Positions 39,884-54,289 of a DNA stretch of 64,000 bases are shown here, in pieces; position 1 is the first letter of the stretch, and each line of letters opens with the position of its first letter. The position numbers were made by a program, and so were the translations under genes. Below the pieces are notes generated by a model, which worked only from the letters and a program-made list of their open reading frames with translations, did no database searches and was not told the DNA's origin. Where the stretch lies: the NCBI GenBank assembly GCA_047495785.1, contig JBLDXI010000042.1:2666001-2730000 (forward strand), given 5' to 3'. The DNA is from Lepidodermella squamata (Eukaryota; Animalia; Gastrotricha).

Positions 39884-41240
39884 ATGATAATTCTACTTCT
39901 CTGCGGTGCATTTTCGGCCTTCGTCGGAGCGGCCATAGGCTTGAACTCTAGCAGTTCGATGCCAGCTTACAAGCCTCTACAAGCTACCTTAGTGGAATGG
40001 TTAACGACTAGATGCTCTTTGACCGATCAGTACACACCTGTTGAAGATGGAGACGCGTTAAATGTTGCATTCAAGTTCCATTTATACCGTTTTTACGAAC
40101 TAAACAGCGTACAAGAGCAGTAAGTTCGGCTTTGCGACAACATTTTGTGGGGCATAACAATATTTTTCTCAGGTTTTCAATCTCAGGTGAGGTTGTGTTA
40201 CGCTGGGTTCATCCCTGCGCAGCTTGGAACTACAGCGCCACTGACACTGACGATCCAGAGCTACTTTGGGCATCGAACAAGTTCTCTTCAATTAGTACTC
40301 TGATATTGGACCCCGCCTTAATATGGCGACCGAAAGTACAGGTAACGTTTGCTCCGCTGCATCCTCTTTCATCTTACAGCTATTTTGTTAAGCATTTGAA
40401 CGCTGTTAATGATCCGTTCATCATCAGCCGCCTGGGGTTGGATGTCACGATATATCTTGATAGCGATGGTACAATAACATGGCAACCAATGGGTCGCTAT
40501 GAATCAAACTGTGACCAGAGTGAGTTGCAATCTTTTGGTCCATTAGCTCTTTTAATTGGAAGTTAAATTTAGATCTATGGAATTTCCCTTTCGATACTCA
40601 GCGATGTCAACTTCTTTTCGAGTCGTGGGAGAGCACAAAAACGGTGAATTTCACGTCCGCTGAATTCGTCCTGTTCGAGAAGAAGCGTCTTATTGACGAG
40701 AATATGGTATGGCGCCTCCTTAAAGTCGATTCAGAGCTAACCAACGGAACGTATAATGAAGACGATGCGACATACAGCCGAGTTATCTTCACATTGAACC
40801 TTCGGAGGAACTACTTTTTCTACCTGGGATCAATTTTGCTACCATGTGCTGCGTTATCTATCGTTCAATTGAGCACATTCATAATGTCCCCAGAACTACC
40901 AGATAGACCTTATTTTGCTATTACCTGCGTCCTGGCCCTAGCTGTTTTCATGTCATTTGTTAGTAATGTCGTTCCACAGACTTCTCAGGTAATCCTGCTT
41001 TCAATTAACATGTCTGTTCAATTCGTCGTTGGCGTCCTGATTTGCCTCTATTGCATGATTGCTTGCTGCCTAGCGAATGACGAGCGCATCAAGTCGACAA
41101 GCAAAGTTCATCCGATGTGCTGGGGCAGGCTAGACTCTCCAAACCCGTTACGCAAAGCTGATGTAATTGCGGGAATAATGGCGACTGGCGTTACGATTAT
41201 ATCTAACGCTGTAATATACGGCAAAATCGTCTATTCATGA
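39884..41240 (+). CDS. L12: Cys-loop LGIC subunit
   Basis: RCSLTD, WVHPC, HLNAV, LWNFPFDTQRC, LRRNYFFY, PDRPYF, VPQTS, LRKAD. Confidence 0.9.
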
Positions 41241-42299
41241 GCTTATACTATGTTCTTACGCCCCTAAAACTGTCTGAATAAACAGAAGATGTAAAGTCAT
41301 TTTTTTGCGGCCAACTACATAACTGTTAGACGCTCAAGAGCAGCCGGATATTTGCTCAAGTGGTGTTGCTTCGTCATGCTTCGTTCGCCTTTCCATTGTT
41401 TCCTAGTCCGCTTAGTTTTCTCGAACGCTCGACCACAAACCATACATTAAAGGCGTGCACTCAGCCTTGATGATAGACATACGTGGTTGGTACCAAAAGA
41501 CGCTTGATAGCCCCATTTAAATAAAGATTTTCATATTTACCTGCTGTGTAGAAAGTAGAGCAATGTAGGAGTTAATCGATTGCTGGCGTGGAATCTTATT
41601 TGCTCATCTTATAGGACATACTATCATTATCACGTATTGCAAACATAGCTAATATTTGCTAAGATAGCCATTTTGTCATCATTCCCATTGACAACTTTTA
41701 CACTAATTTGAAGATGGCATCGGCATTTTTCTAACCACAACATTGCGCATGGCAAACATGCACAGCTTATACGACCGTATTTTTCGGGATAAAGGCCGCG
41801 GCGATTTATTATTTGAGAAGCGGGTGACAAGTTCGGTGATTTTTCAGGGGCCTACGGTTTGGACGGTTTCGATTTTTTCTAGGTTACAAGAAATTTTCTT
41901 ATGTTCATCACTTTAGTTCCATTTGCAGGGACGGCTTCAAATATCTAATTTCTGATCAGTATATAACACTCATGTTTGACATTTTTTGACATTTTGGCAC
42001 TAAAGTTTAGCTTAGTTATCTATACCAAAGAAATTCTGGTCGCAGTTTCCTAAAACTCGCGATTTAGGGGCCCAAGTCCTGTTTCGTTGACAGCGGACTT
42101 TTCTGGTTCCTGAGAAAGGGCCGAATCGCTCGCCAAGTCTAAAATATATAATGTATATACATTTTTACTTAGTAATAGCTAGCCAAAGAACCTCAAGGGA
42201 AATAGTCGATACGTTTTTTGCATTTTCGAGCTAGATTAAAGCTATCTCTATGGATGGCTGATATTTATATATTTCTGCTCTGCTTCCTGGTACACAATA

Positions 42300-43556
42300 A
42301 TGAAAGTGTTTGCCGTGATAACGATCCTGAGGTTACTAGAGTTCACCTCGGCGTCAAATGAAACCCAAACAGTGTATCGGCCATTAGCAGCAGACTTGAT
42401 GGAATGGCTTACAAAACGCTGCTCGCTGACTGATCAATACACACCAGTAATTGGTAATGAAGGTCTCAACATCGACTTGGTTTTCAACTTGTATCGTTTC
42501 TACGAACTTGACAGCGTGGAAGAGAGTCTTTCTGTGATGGCTGAGTTGAAAATGTCATGGCAGCATCCATGCGTTACATGGGTCGCCGCCATAAATCAAA
42601 CTGAAGACCAGGAACTGCTGAATGCTTCGTTAACTTACGCCAACATCAGTGAAGTGTCAATAGATCCATCTCTTTACTGGCGGCCAAAAATACAGCATTT
42701 GAACGCTGTTGATGATGTCTTTGCTGTAAACAAACTTGGCCTGGACACGTGCATTTACGTAACTAATACTGGCTTGTTTACATGGGAGCCGATGGGGCGA
42801 TTCAATTCCATGTGCGATCAAGGTTTATTTTTTCAATTTGCGCTCGACTATTTTAGTTTTGTTGTTTTATTAGATTTATGGAATTTCCCGTTTGACACCC
42901 AGAAATGCGACATTTTATTTGAGTCTTGGGAAAATACACATACCATAAATTTCACTTCGGCGATATTCGTGCAATACGAAAAGCATAGGCTGATAGATGA
43001 AAATCAAGTATGGAAGCTGGTTCGCATATTTTCAAACATCAGCAACACCTCATACAACGACGATAAGGAGCAGTACAGCCGAGCGACATTCACGATTCAC
43101 CTCCGTCGAAACTTCTACTATTACTTCATTAATATTTTGTTGCCTTGCGGGGTTTTATCAATGGTCCAACTATGCACATTTATTATGCCACCGGAGATGC
43201 CCGATCGACCTTACTTCGCCATCACCTGCGTTCTCGCTGTAGCGGTACTGATGTCCATGTTTTCAAACATCATACCCCAGACATCTCAAGTCGTGTTATT
43301 TTCGATCGATCTCTCTTGTCTATTTGTCATCGGTGTTCTAATCAACGTTTACTGCATTATCACATGCACTATAGCGGTGAACCATGAACGGGCGTCGGAA
43401 AATGAGGATGAAAAACCGTATTCGAAGTCACATTTCTGCTGCATCTCTTCGGGGCCTTATGAAATGATAAGGCGAGCTGATGTCATCGTTGGTACTCTAG
43501 CTACTATAGCAACCATACTGATCAATGTTGTGATTTTTGCCGTAATAGCTTATTAA
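42300..43556 (+). CDS. L13: Cys-loop LGIC subunit with a single 51-nt in-frame intron
   Basis: The 418-aa ORF contains the whole subunit. Removing the GT-AG segment ~42823-42873 restores CDQDLWNFPFDTQKC. Confidence 0.93.
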   Translation: MKVFAVITILRLLEFTSASNETQTVYRPLAADLMEWLTKRCSLTDQYTPVIGNEGLNIDLVFNLYRFYELDSVEESLSVMAELKMSWQHPCVTWVAAINQTEDQELLNASLTYANISEVSIDPSLYWRPKIQHLNAVDDVFAVNKLGLDTCIYVTNTGLFTWEPMGRFNSMCDQGLFFQFALDYFSFVVLLDLWNFPFDTQKCDILFESWENTHTINFTSAIFVQYEKHRLIDENQVWKLVRIFSNISNTSYNDDKEQYSRATFTIHLRRNFYYYFINILLPCGVLSMVQLCTFIMPPEMPDRPYFAITCVLAVAVLMSMFSNIIPQTSQVVLFSIDLSCLFVIGVLINVYCIITCTIAVNHERASENEDEKPYSKSHFCCISSGPYEMIRRADVIVGTLATIATILINVVIFAVIAY

Positions 43557-43979
43557 GGTTTCTAAATAAAAAGCTGGATGCAGTACGCTTTCAAGCTACA
43601 ATTTCCGCCTAAAAATCTTAGTAATCAAGAGCATGAGTTATTACCAAGCGATATCTTCGAGACTTCAGCTCTTTAGTTGATTCAAAGTCCTGTTTACAAC
43701 TAGCCGTGAAAATTGCTTATTCAGCGAATCAGTGTGAAGTGTCATTTTGCTATTTAACGAAAATTTTTGGTAGTTCGCTGTGGCTATTTGAGTGAAACGA
43801 TCCCATCAGGCATTCTCAATTATCGAGTCGCAATCAGTGAATGAAATCGCGCGTTTTTAATATAAAGCAGACTTTTACCCATGGGCATAATTGGCTATGG
43901 TAACATGGTTGACATGTGCAGAGAACATCCCCCACTTATATTGAGTTTGGCGAATGCTCAATTATTCCATTCGTGGAAT

Positions 43980-45414
43980 ATGATTTCGAATTTGACAGAT
44001 CTCCTATTTTTTTATTTCTGTATTTCATGGCGATTGAGGCAATCGTGGCAGATTTCAAGAGAATTCAGGCCGATGGAAGCTGGAATGTACGAGCTGTTGA
44101 AGGAGCGATGCAGTCTTGGTGATCTGGTCGTCCCGACGGCTGGAAATGAGACATTAAACATGGAAGTGACATTCAACCTTTATCGATTCTACGAACTTTC
44201 AACCGTGGCTGAACGGTAATACTGCAGCTTCGAGAAGTAGCCATTCATGAGGCTTCAATAATTGAATAGGTTATCTTTGATGTCTGAGTTACACATGTCT
44301 TGGCTGCACCCTTGCGCCGGATGGGCGGAATGGGACGTCAGCGGATGGCCACAAGAAGATCAGGCCGAATATGAGAGATTATCTAGCATTACAAGTCTAG
44401 CAATGGATCCTACAATGATATGGAAACCGAGAGTTCAAGTTAGTGATTCACATTAATACCACTTCCTATTATTTTAGCCTCTGGCTTTTCAGCTTATAAA
44501 TGCTGAGTCAGATCCGTTCTCAATAAATAGGTAAGGATTCCTAATTATTACTACTGCTGCTTCATGTATCCCCCATTAGATTCGGAGATGATACAACAAT
44601 TTACGTAGACGATACTGGGCAATTTATTTGGGAACCCATGGGGCGCTTTGAATCAGTTTGTGAGCAAGGTAAGAATTTCACGTTTTTCACAATTGCGGAG
44701 GAGTACAAATCCGATTCTAGATCTATGGAACTTTCCTTTTGACACTCAATGCTGCGAGCTGAGTTGGTTAACAAACTCTCTAAATGCATAGATTTGTCAT
44801 TTTTCCATCATTTAGTAATAGAATCGTGGGAATCGACAAGCAGAATCAACTTCACATCCGCAGATTTCATAATTTTCGAGCGAAAAAGTTTCATGGACAA
44901 AAACCACTTATGGCGCTTGGTCAACACAAGCGCAACGCTTCGAAATCACAGCTACAACAATGACCCAGAGATTTACAGTAGAGCCATTTTCACGATCTGC
45001 CTTAAAAGGAATCCCTACTATTATGTTGGCACGATCCTGTTACCCTGTGCTGCTTTGTCCCTTGTGCAACTGAGTACTTTGATCATGAAACCCGAGTATA
45101 GCGACAGGCCTTACTTCGCGATCAGTGTGGTGCTAGCCATCGCTGTACTTACCACATTTATCACGACGATAATTCCTACAACAAGTCAAATGGTTTTGCT
45201 ATCGTTCAATCTGCTTTGCCAGTTTGTAATAGGAACCCTGATTACAATATACGCAATGGTTTCTTGCACGCTGAGTGGAAGCAGTACGTTCGCTCGTGTT
45301 GGTAAAAAGACCAGGCTGACGCTCATTAGAAAAATGGATATTTGCGCGGGAATTGTGGCGTCCACATTGACATTAAGCATTAATATTTACGTTTACAGCC
45401 AAATTATATCATAA
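43980..45414 (+). CDS. L14: Cys-loop LGIC subunit (5 introns)
   Basis: RCSLGD, WLHPC, LWNFPFDTQCC, IESWE, ICLKRNPYYY, SDRPYF, IPTTS, IRKMD. Confidence 0.9.
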
Positions 45415-45647
45415 TTGATCAATAAATCATACCGCCGGAGATGTGGGAGATAGGTGAACCCAAAAGGGTGACGCTGACGTCGGCGGGTACTACGCATAGC
45501 CTACAGCAGCAAAATACGGTGGGGAAACGATTAATTTCACCTGAGTATACGTTTTGATCCCTGGCGCAAGGTATTGCGCGATTATCGATTGAACAATTAG
45601 CGAAATTGCTAAGCGATATAACCAAATAACAATTGGGTCAGAATCGG

Positions 45648-47103
45648 ATGGATGAAATGCTGGCGAAAATATTAATTTTTGGTTTCTCTGTAGCGAACTC
45701 AGGCTCCGTGATCAATCAGCGGACGCCTAACTATCGACCCGCTGAGTCTTATCTGTTAGACTGGCTTGACGAGACGTGTTCCTTGAGGGATACCTCTATG
45801 CCATTGATTGACAACGAGCCTATTTCAGTTGATGTCCAATTAAGTCTGTATCGACTACATGAGCTATCCGATCGAGATGAGAGGTGAGCAAAATCCAATT
45901 GTGATTTTTCTACAATGAATTCCCCTGTAAAGGTTAACAGTGCTGGCTTATTTAAAGCTAGTCTGGAAGCATCCATGTGTTAGTTGGGAGGTCTTCTCGG
46001 AAAGGAATGGCACGCCAATTTGGAGCGGTCTACAATCTGTTTCGCTTAATTCAAAGCTTATATGGACACCAATAATTCAGGTTGGTTGCCAAAAAATGAA
46101 ACAGGCAAAGCAGGAACTCTATTTATTTTTTTATATATTCTAGGTTATGAATTCCTACGACGACATTTTCACGCTTAGCAAGTAAGTAAATGCCAATGTA
46201 AGTCTAGTTTCGCCTAGTTTCACTCGCTGTCACAGGATGGGTAAACAAGGCACTGTTTATGTCTTCCCAAATGGTACGATCGACTGGGAGCCAATGGGTG
46301 AATTCCATACCAACTGCATTCTGGGTAATCTTGAAAAAACGTTTGATGAAGATCATGACCAAGCTCATTTTTATCAGATCTCAGAAAATTCCCATTTGAT
46401 ACACAACGCTGTCAGCTAAGTTCGCGACTTGAAATCCTTTTAGCTTATACATCTCAAATTATAATTTGCAACAGTATTCGAGCCTTGGGACGGCACAAGC
46501 AAAATCTTGATTTCATCTGCAGAGGTGGTTCAATCGATGAATGAAACGGTCGAGAACGGTCAAATATGGCTGATCAGACTCATCGAGAGCCAATTGGTAA
46601 ATGCAAGTTACGAAGGGGATGACAACCAATACTCTCGAGCCGTTTACACCTTGACCCTCGAGAGACGCTATCATTACTACATTTACTCCATCATTGTACC
46701 GAGCCTCGCGCTATCTTTTCTGCAGCTGACTACATTCATCATGAATCCGGAATTCAGTGACCGTCCTTATTTTGCTGTTAGCGTAGTCCTTTCCTTAGCT
46801 GTCCTGGCAACATTTGTCTCAAACGCGGTGCCGGTGACCTCCAAAATTATACTATTGTCGCTTGATATGTCTATCAGCTTTATCATTGGTGTTACGGTAA
46901 CATTTTACGCCATGATATCGCTTACATTGTCAAGAACAAAGCATTTTTCGCAAGTTGTCAAACCGTCAAAATTCATGTCGCTATTTCTTGGTGATGTTTC
47001 CCTTTCTTTGACTAGGTGGATTGACATTTATCTTGGGATTTTTGCGTCATTGACAACCCTAATTTTGCATATTGTTATCTACTCAATCTTGCTAACTGAA
47101 TGA
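45648..47103 (+). CDS. L15: Cys-loop LGIC subunit
   Basis: TCSLRD, WKHPC, CILDLRKFPFDTQRC, FEPWD, LERRYHYY, SDRPYF, VPVTS, TRWID. Confidence 0.9.
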
Positions 47104-47329
47104 GCCGTGCCAACGTTTTTTTATTAATAAACGATTCAAATCCCAATTAAATTAGTCAGCAGTCTAATCGCGTGCAAAGTCAACATCCGATAATGGAGTG
47201 GAAGGTAATCACACGGGAATAGCATCCATTCAAACTGGAGATATTGAGTTGAATGACAGATCTCATGGCGACAGCCACTTTCACATGAAAATATAATAGG
47301 TATTATTTTTATATAAATTTTCATGTGGG

Positions 47330-48761
47330 ATGTGGCAGTCAATGACTATCACAGTACTGTTGATTGCGGGAAGTTGCACTTCAGAAAATCCTCGTTACAG
47401 ACCAACGGAAGCCTATTTATGGGAGAGGATTACAAACCGATGCTCTTTGGTCGACCAATTCGCTCCATTGTTAGATGATACACCTATTGCTGTTAACGTA
47501 GTCATGGATCTATATCGGCTTGAGTCCTTATCAGACAAAGATGAAAAGTTGGTAAAGATTCCGATGTTCAGCCTAATTCACTTATGTGACTTCATAGGAT
47601 GAGTGTTTTGGCTGGGGTCAAGTTTCGATGGCTCCATCCCTGTGCAGCGTGGCAAGAAGATGCTGAGATCCTGAATATTTCAAGGTTCAAGAATTTGGAA
47701 TGGCTATCTGTAGACACAAGGTCTATTTGGAAACCCAATATTCAAGTGTGTGAAGGCAAATTAATTGCTGCAATCACATAATGTTTTTACATCTTATATA
47801 GCTCCTTAATGCTTACCAAAATGTTTTTTGCGTAAATGAGTATGTTTTATTTAGCTCTTGAAATTCATTCTTTTACTGATTTACACCTCAGCCTTGGAAT
47901 ACAGGCATCAAGTTACATATACCCTGATGGCTATATCGAGTGGGAGCCGACAGGAATGTTTGAAGTACATTGCAATCTGGGCAAGTTCGAAATTTTAAAA
48001 GACATCAGTTTTAATGATACATATATCACGGTTGGACAGATATGCGCAAATTTCCGTTCGACATGCAGCGATGCGAGCTATGTATGCAAATTTATTAATT
48101 TTTGTTGTTGATTGAATATTTTCGCTCAGGGTTCGAATCGTGGGATGGAACAAATAGAATCAATTTTACCTCCGTCACTCTGATTCAGTCGACAAATGCG
48201 AGCGTACCATCAACTCATCTATGGAAAATATTGCAAGTGGACTCTTTCCTAATAGGAGCGGCCTACAATGAAGACCCATACACGTATTCTAGAGCTGTCT
48301 TCTCGCTAACCCTTAAACGCAACAGCTACTACTACGTCAGCTCATTGATTTTGCCAAGCATATCGTTATCGGTTCTGCAGCTTTCGGTTTTCATCATGAG
48401 TCCTCAAAAAAGCGACAGACCTTATTTTGCTATCAACGTAGTACTGTCTTTAGCTGTTTTGATGACTTTCATCTCCAGTGTAATTCCTGTCACTTCTCAA
48501 GTGGTTCTCCTTACAGTTAACATCACCGGATTATTCCTTATCGGAGTGGCTATAACATTTTACGCCATGCTTACCTGTACAATGGCTGAAAATGAGTACT
48601 TCAACAAGCAAATTATGCTATCTGGGCCGATCTCCAGGTTTTTGTTCTGTGGGAAGTTGAAAATCACTCGAGTACGGTTTCTGGACATAATTCTGGCTTC
48701 TATTGCGACTGTTGGAACATTCACGCTTCATCTGAGCATTTACGCTGTTATAACAGCATGA
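47330..48761 (+). CDS. L16: Cys-loop LGIC subunit
   Basis: RCSLVD, WLHPC, CNLDMRKFPFDMQRC (GC-AG intron), FESWD, LKRNSYYY, SDRPYF, IPVTS, VRFLD. Confidence 0.9.
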
Positions 48762-48878
48762 TTCAATAAACGGTTGAGATATAAAACCCTTAGCTGTGTT
48801 TCAAATGGTCGCTAAAATATGCGGTTGAGAGAATAAATAGCCGCATTTCGCCGTCTATTCCTGCTGAGAGATTTTTCA

Positions 48879-50193
48879 ATGAGATTCTCAGATTTAGCTT
48901 TATTCTCGTTTACATTAGTTTCTGTAGTGCAAGGTGGTTACGTCAATGACGATATGGCTTTAAGGTCATGGCTGTTATCAAAATGCCCAGGTGATCGAAA
49001 TATCAGACCTGTTTTGCAATACGATAGCCCACTGGCCTTAAAGCTGTCACTAATCATGTACAGATTTGTTGGTATAGATAGTCAAGATCAAATGTAAGTG
49101 GCCCACTTAAGTTTTTTACTCAAATGAATCCGAAAACAGGTTCACTCTGATTGCTGAGTTGGATCACATTTGGAATGTTCCATGTTCAGCCTGGAACATG
49201 AGTGATTATCTCAGCTGGCGCCAAATCGATATGATAGCTGTGAATAAGGATCGAGTTTACGTTCCAACTTTGATTCAGCTGGACAACGCTGAAAATATTA
49301 TGATTCTCGAGAAATTGGGTCGACATCTTCACTTGGATCTCTACAGCGATGGAACCTTCAAATGGTGCCCGATGGGAGTTTTTGTTACAAATTGTAACGT
49401 AAAATTTAAGCGGTTTCCTTTCGATTCGCAACGATGTGAGCTAACTTTCGAGCCGTGGAAATCTTCCCGACTTATCAACATCTCATCCGTGGATATATCA
49501 ATCGCAAAACCTGACTACTTCCTGGACGACAATGACGTTTGGTCACTAGAGTACGTCAACGCTAGTGTTTCGTCAGTTTTGTACGATGACCATACGAATG
49601 AGTATTATTCCCATGCTGTTTTCACGCTGAAATTGACCAGAAGGCCGAACAGCTACATTTTGAACATCTTCTTGCCATCCATCGCTTTGATGATCCTTCA
49701 AGTGGTCATGTTCTTCATCCCGCCGCATCTCCCCGATAGAACCAATTATTCGATAACTGTTTTACTCGCATCTGCGGTTCTGCAAACAATGATCAGTCAG
49801 ATCCTCCCAACCACCGCGGAAGTGACTCTTGTTATGGTTTATTTGTCCGGGCAAATATTAATCGGCTTGGGGTGTACAGTTTATGCGAATCTGATTAGTA
49901 CTTTCGCGTGCAGTCCGGAAGAGCTTTTGCCTAGTAACATAACTCGAATAAGAATGCTGAATCCAGAAAATTCGCGCCGATGCAGCAGATTGGAGAGCTA
50001 TGACAGCCGGCTAAATTCAGAGGTCCGGGAACGGTTGAAAGAGATCGATGAATACTACCGAGCACTCCGCCGATTGAAGTTAATCCGAAAATTGGATGCG
50101 ATAGCATTCCTCATCTCACTGACATTAGTCATCGTGTTGCATGCTTCTTTGTTTTATTTAATGGTTGCGCAGAAAAACGATGACGATTTATAG
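48879..50193 (+). CDS. L17: Cys-loop LGIC subunit (one intron; longer M3-M4 loop)
   Basis: KCPGDRNIRPV, WNVPC, CNVKFKRFPFDSQRC, FEPWK, LTRRPNSY, PDRTNYS, LPTTA, IRKLD. Confidence 0.92.
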
Positions 50194-51133
50194 GCATTTG
50201 CAATTAAAATGTGCTGGAAGCTGAGCCGATTTCGTCGGAATGTTCGACTTTTATTAATCTGAGTAATGATAAGCAAACAACTTGTAACCCAGTTTTCAGT
50301 GCCTAACTGATAAAGCATCGATGGCAATCCATGGAAATTGATTATTATGTCGAATTCGAAGTCTCTCTAGCGTTATAGGATGATAGAGCACGACACGATG
50401 CCACTGTCATCCATACAGTTTCCCGTTGGAAAATGGCCTGCAGGAGCAAACCTTGCCCGTAAACGATCTATCGCACATAAAACATGAAAGACTATAGGTT
50501 ACGTTCGTGCTATGCGAAGGGGTGAAAATGTCATTTAATTAAAAAGCGGGTGACTTTTTTCTGGTGTATTGAGAAATTGTCGCAGAAATTACATCGCAGA
50601 AATCTAACAGAAGTCAATTCAGCAGATAGCAGCAGATATATTATGTCTCTTCGCCCTGTCATATAAATCATCTGAGCCATGAAGCTTTTGCAAAAAAAAA
50701 AGAAAAATTACATGAATGGTGTTTACGTAGCAGTTAGAAACGCCTGTTAGATACGCCCGTCATTAAAATGATAAAAGGAACGATGAGTGTATAATTGGCA
50801 GGCAGCAAATCTGGAATTTCCCATATGCCTCAAGACAAATACTAAAATAATCAAATTCTACAAAGCTCCTCCTAGAAATTAGCCCCTCGCGAACGAAGCG
50901 TGCAATCAGCGTGCAAATGTTTTCAACTTTTCAATCGATTGTGATGAAATTTTAATTGGGCGCGATGATTTATTGGAACAGAGATCATGGATGGCTGTGG
51001 CGCGGGCCATGTGAACGAACTGTAAAGGTAACAAATCTATAATTAATGCTTTCCGCCAAAACTAACGATGGCAACGCTCATTCTGCAACAGTAATACATT
51101 TCAAAATTTGCCGACATTCAAAGGCTAGATACA

Positions 51134-53701
51134 ATGTTTTATGTTTATGTGGCAATTATCCTTTTAATACGCCTGAACATCTTCATGGAAATAGTGAACG
51201 CTAATGAGGAGAAGATTTATGAACCGGCAGAAGCAAGCTTATTCAATTGGCTATACAGACGATGCTCTTTAGGTGCCCTAGCTACTCCTGTCGTCGGGAA
51301 TGAAACACTCAACATGCAAGTCAAATTTGACATGTACAGATTTTACGAGCTTTCCACGTTGGAACAACGGTAAGACTGCTTATCTCTAAGCTTTTAATTA
51401 GGCTGATCGCATGACCTAGGATATCATTAGTTGGGGAGCTTCAGTTCACTTGGACTCATCCCTGTGCCCGATGGAACGAAATTGAAACTATGCCAGATGT
51501 TTCAAAAGAAGATACAGAAGCTTGGTCTGCGCTGGAGAGTATTTCAGTAGACCCGAAAGGCTCGCTTTGGATGCCGAGAATTCAAGTAAAGCTTACTTAA
51601 GAGCAGAGCTGTGTCCTTCAAAGGCAAAAGGCAAAAGACCAATACCGAGACCAATACAAATACAAGATCAAGGACAGCGGCTCCTGTCTTAAGACTTGTA
51701 TTGGTCTTGGCCTTTATTTTTGGGTGGTCTTCCCATAGCCTTGAAGACCTGCGTGAAAATGGACACGCACGTGCTGAGCGGTATTAAGGCGCGTTGTGTA
51801 CGCTATCGCGAACATCGCCATTGAACCAATAGCATTTCGTTACACGTTATAGTTACATGTCAGGGGTGGTTTTAGGCACGCGAAGTTATCAGCCAATAGA
51901 AAAGCGACTACAATTTTAGACGCTCGCATCAGATTTGTGCAACCAATAGCGCTAGGACAATATTCATAAACATTGTAAACATTAATTATTAGCCAATGTT
52001 CACAGCTATTACAATTATAGAGAAGAACTGTTCAGATGCGCAACCAATAGCAATGCGTTTACCATTATAAGCTCAAATAAGGGCGAGCGCATTAAAGCTG
52101 CTTTCCAAATTGCCAACTACATATTAGGCGGAGACAAGACACAACTACACTACGCTCCTAAAATGAGAGCAATACACTTAAAAAATGGGAAGTTAAGGTA
52201 ATACTGAAATTGAAAAATCTGTTAAAATAAATAGGAATTGTCATTTTTGACATTTAAAATGGGTTCAATCGTCAGATGACCTGGAACTAGCAGCTAGAAC
52301 AAACATTCATTTTAACCATTCTTTAGTCATATGCATATGCAAATGATTTACGCGGTTTAGATCAACCTCACGTTTTGGGGTGGTTTTCTGTTTTTTTGTC
52401 TAATAATCAATATTTATGAGCCCAACATGTTTTACCAACTATATACGCGAGCGTATTCAGTAAAATCTTTCAAAGTATTCAGGTATCCGCACTTAATTGT
52501 AAAGGTAATTAAAGTTTTATGTGTTTAAGTGATGAAATTGTTTCTATGACGTGAAGGTCTGGTCTTTGGTATTGGCCTTGGTCTTTCAAAATTCGGTATG
52601 CCTTGAAATGGCCTTGGTATTTGCATCAAAATAATTGTCCTGTCCTTGGTCTTGGTCTTTCGCAAATATAATTTGAAGGACACACCTCTGCTTAAGAGTC
52701 TTATAAGAATGGAAACTATTCAAACACCAATTACATTGTTTTGTAGCTAATAAATGCGATAGAGGACGCATTCGTCATTAACAGGTAGGTACAGGAATGA
52801 ATGGCTCCTGCGAATGTTTTACAGCGCATTTCAGATTTGGTTACGACATCACGCTGTCTCTCACCAAAACTGGGCACTTCGCATGGGAACCCATGGGACG
52901 CTTCGATGCCATTTGCGCTCAAGGTTCGTCTTTTTGCTGTATTGTAATATCCGGCACGGTACGGATCCGTTATTTCTCTGTTAAAACTATAGATCTATGG
53001 AACTTTCCCTTCGATACTCAATGCTGTGAGCTATGTGCGTATGACTTTTGACTGATTCGAAGTTAAATGTGCATTTATTACTTTTCTATGCCTTTCAAGG
53101 GATTGAATCGTGGGAAGACACAACTAAGATAAATTTCACAGAAGCGAGCTTCAATATATACGAAAGAAAGACCTTCATCGATAAGAACAGTCTGTGGAGC
53201 CTTTTGAGCATTGGCGGATCCCTAAGGAACATTACTTATAACGGCGCAGAAGCATTCAATTACAGTCGAGCCACAATGTCTATTTGCTTGCAACGAAATG
53301 ACATCTATTACGTGATATCGTTTCTCATTCCTAGCGGAGCCCTGTGTCTTCTGCAAATGTGCACGCTAATAATGAGCCCGAAAGCTAACGACAGGCCATA
53401 TTTTGCCGTCAGCGTGGTGCTAGCTGTAGTCTTCTTGACCACCTACACGTCGACTTTGATCCCAATGACGTCACAATTAGTTCTCATTTCATTTAACTTA
53501 GCATTTCAATTCACCGTTGGAGTTCTCGTGGTCATTTACACCATGATCACTGTTATCCTAAGCCGAAGTGAGCGGTATACGAGAATCAACGTGAAGAATG
53601 GACTCTCTTTATTGCGGAAAATGGATCTTGCCGTAGGCATGATAAACGCAGGAACGTTGATAATTGTAAACTGCTATGTATACGGCAGAATTTTATCCTA
53701 G
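51134..53701 (+). CDS. L18: Cys-loop LGIC subunit; intron 2 carries a hAT MITE
   Basis: RCSLGA, WTHPC, LWNFPFDTQCC, IESWE, ICLQRN, NDRPYF, IPMTS, LRKMD. Confidence 0.88.
51604..52690. mobile_element. hAT-like MITE (second family)
   Basis: TIR CAGAG(C/G)TGTGTCCTTCAAA; 8-bp TSD CTTAAGAG on both sides; AAGACCAA-type subterminal repeats; absent from the matching intron of paralog L19. Confidence 0.92.
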
Positions 53702-54289
53702 GACTGAACTAAGCGCCTATAGTATACTCCATGATGTTTCCTGAATCGTCCATCTTATACCACGAGATTAAACTTAAAAGGCGGATTTTCATGTGAATAT
53801 TATATGCGCCTAGAACCACCTGGAAGTTCCTACTTTTTTGTCTGATTTGACTGAATGAGGATTCAAATAAAAAATGTATCACCTCACTGACAGGGGAATC
53901 GGCCAGCCTCACATATCGTAAATATTCAAATATATTTTAACGCAAATTGAATGAACACGATTTGCATGGCTATCCCTGGAGATAAACTTTCCATGGCGAT
54001 GACGTGGCTTCAACCAGAGGAGGTTATAACAAAAAAATGTATTATATCTTAAATTGTAAATGTACCTCATGGTTTAGTTACATTTCACCTTTTTGCGTCT
54101 TCAAGAACAAAGGCCCTGTAAATTAATATCGGCGTAGCAAAGGTCTTGTCCATCGTAAATCAGAATTGTCAATTTTCATTGTGAATCGCATGTACTATAT
54201 ACAGCTTTGCCATTTATTCGGTATACTTCCGATATTGATGAAAGTTGAAAGCCATTCAAATTACTTTCTGCTCAAGTCCCTATATTAAA

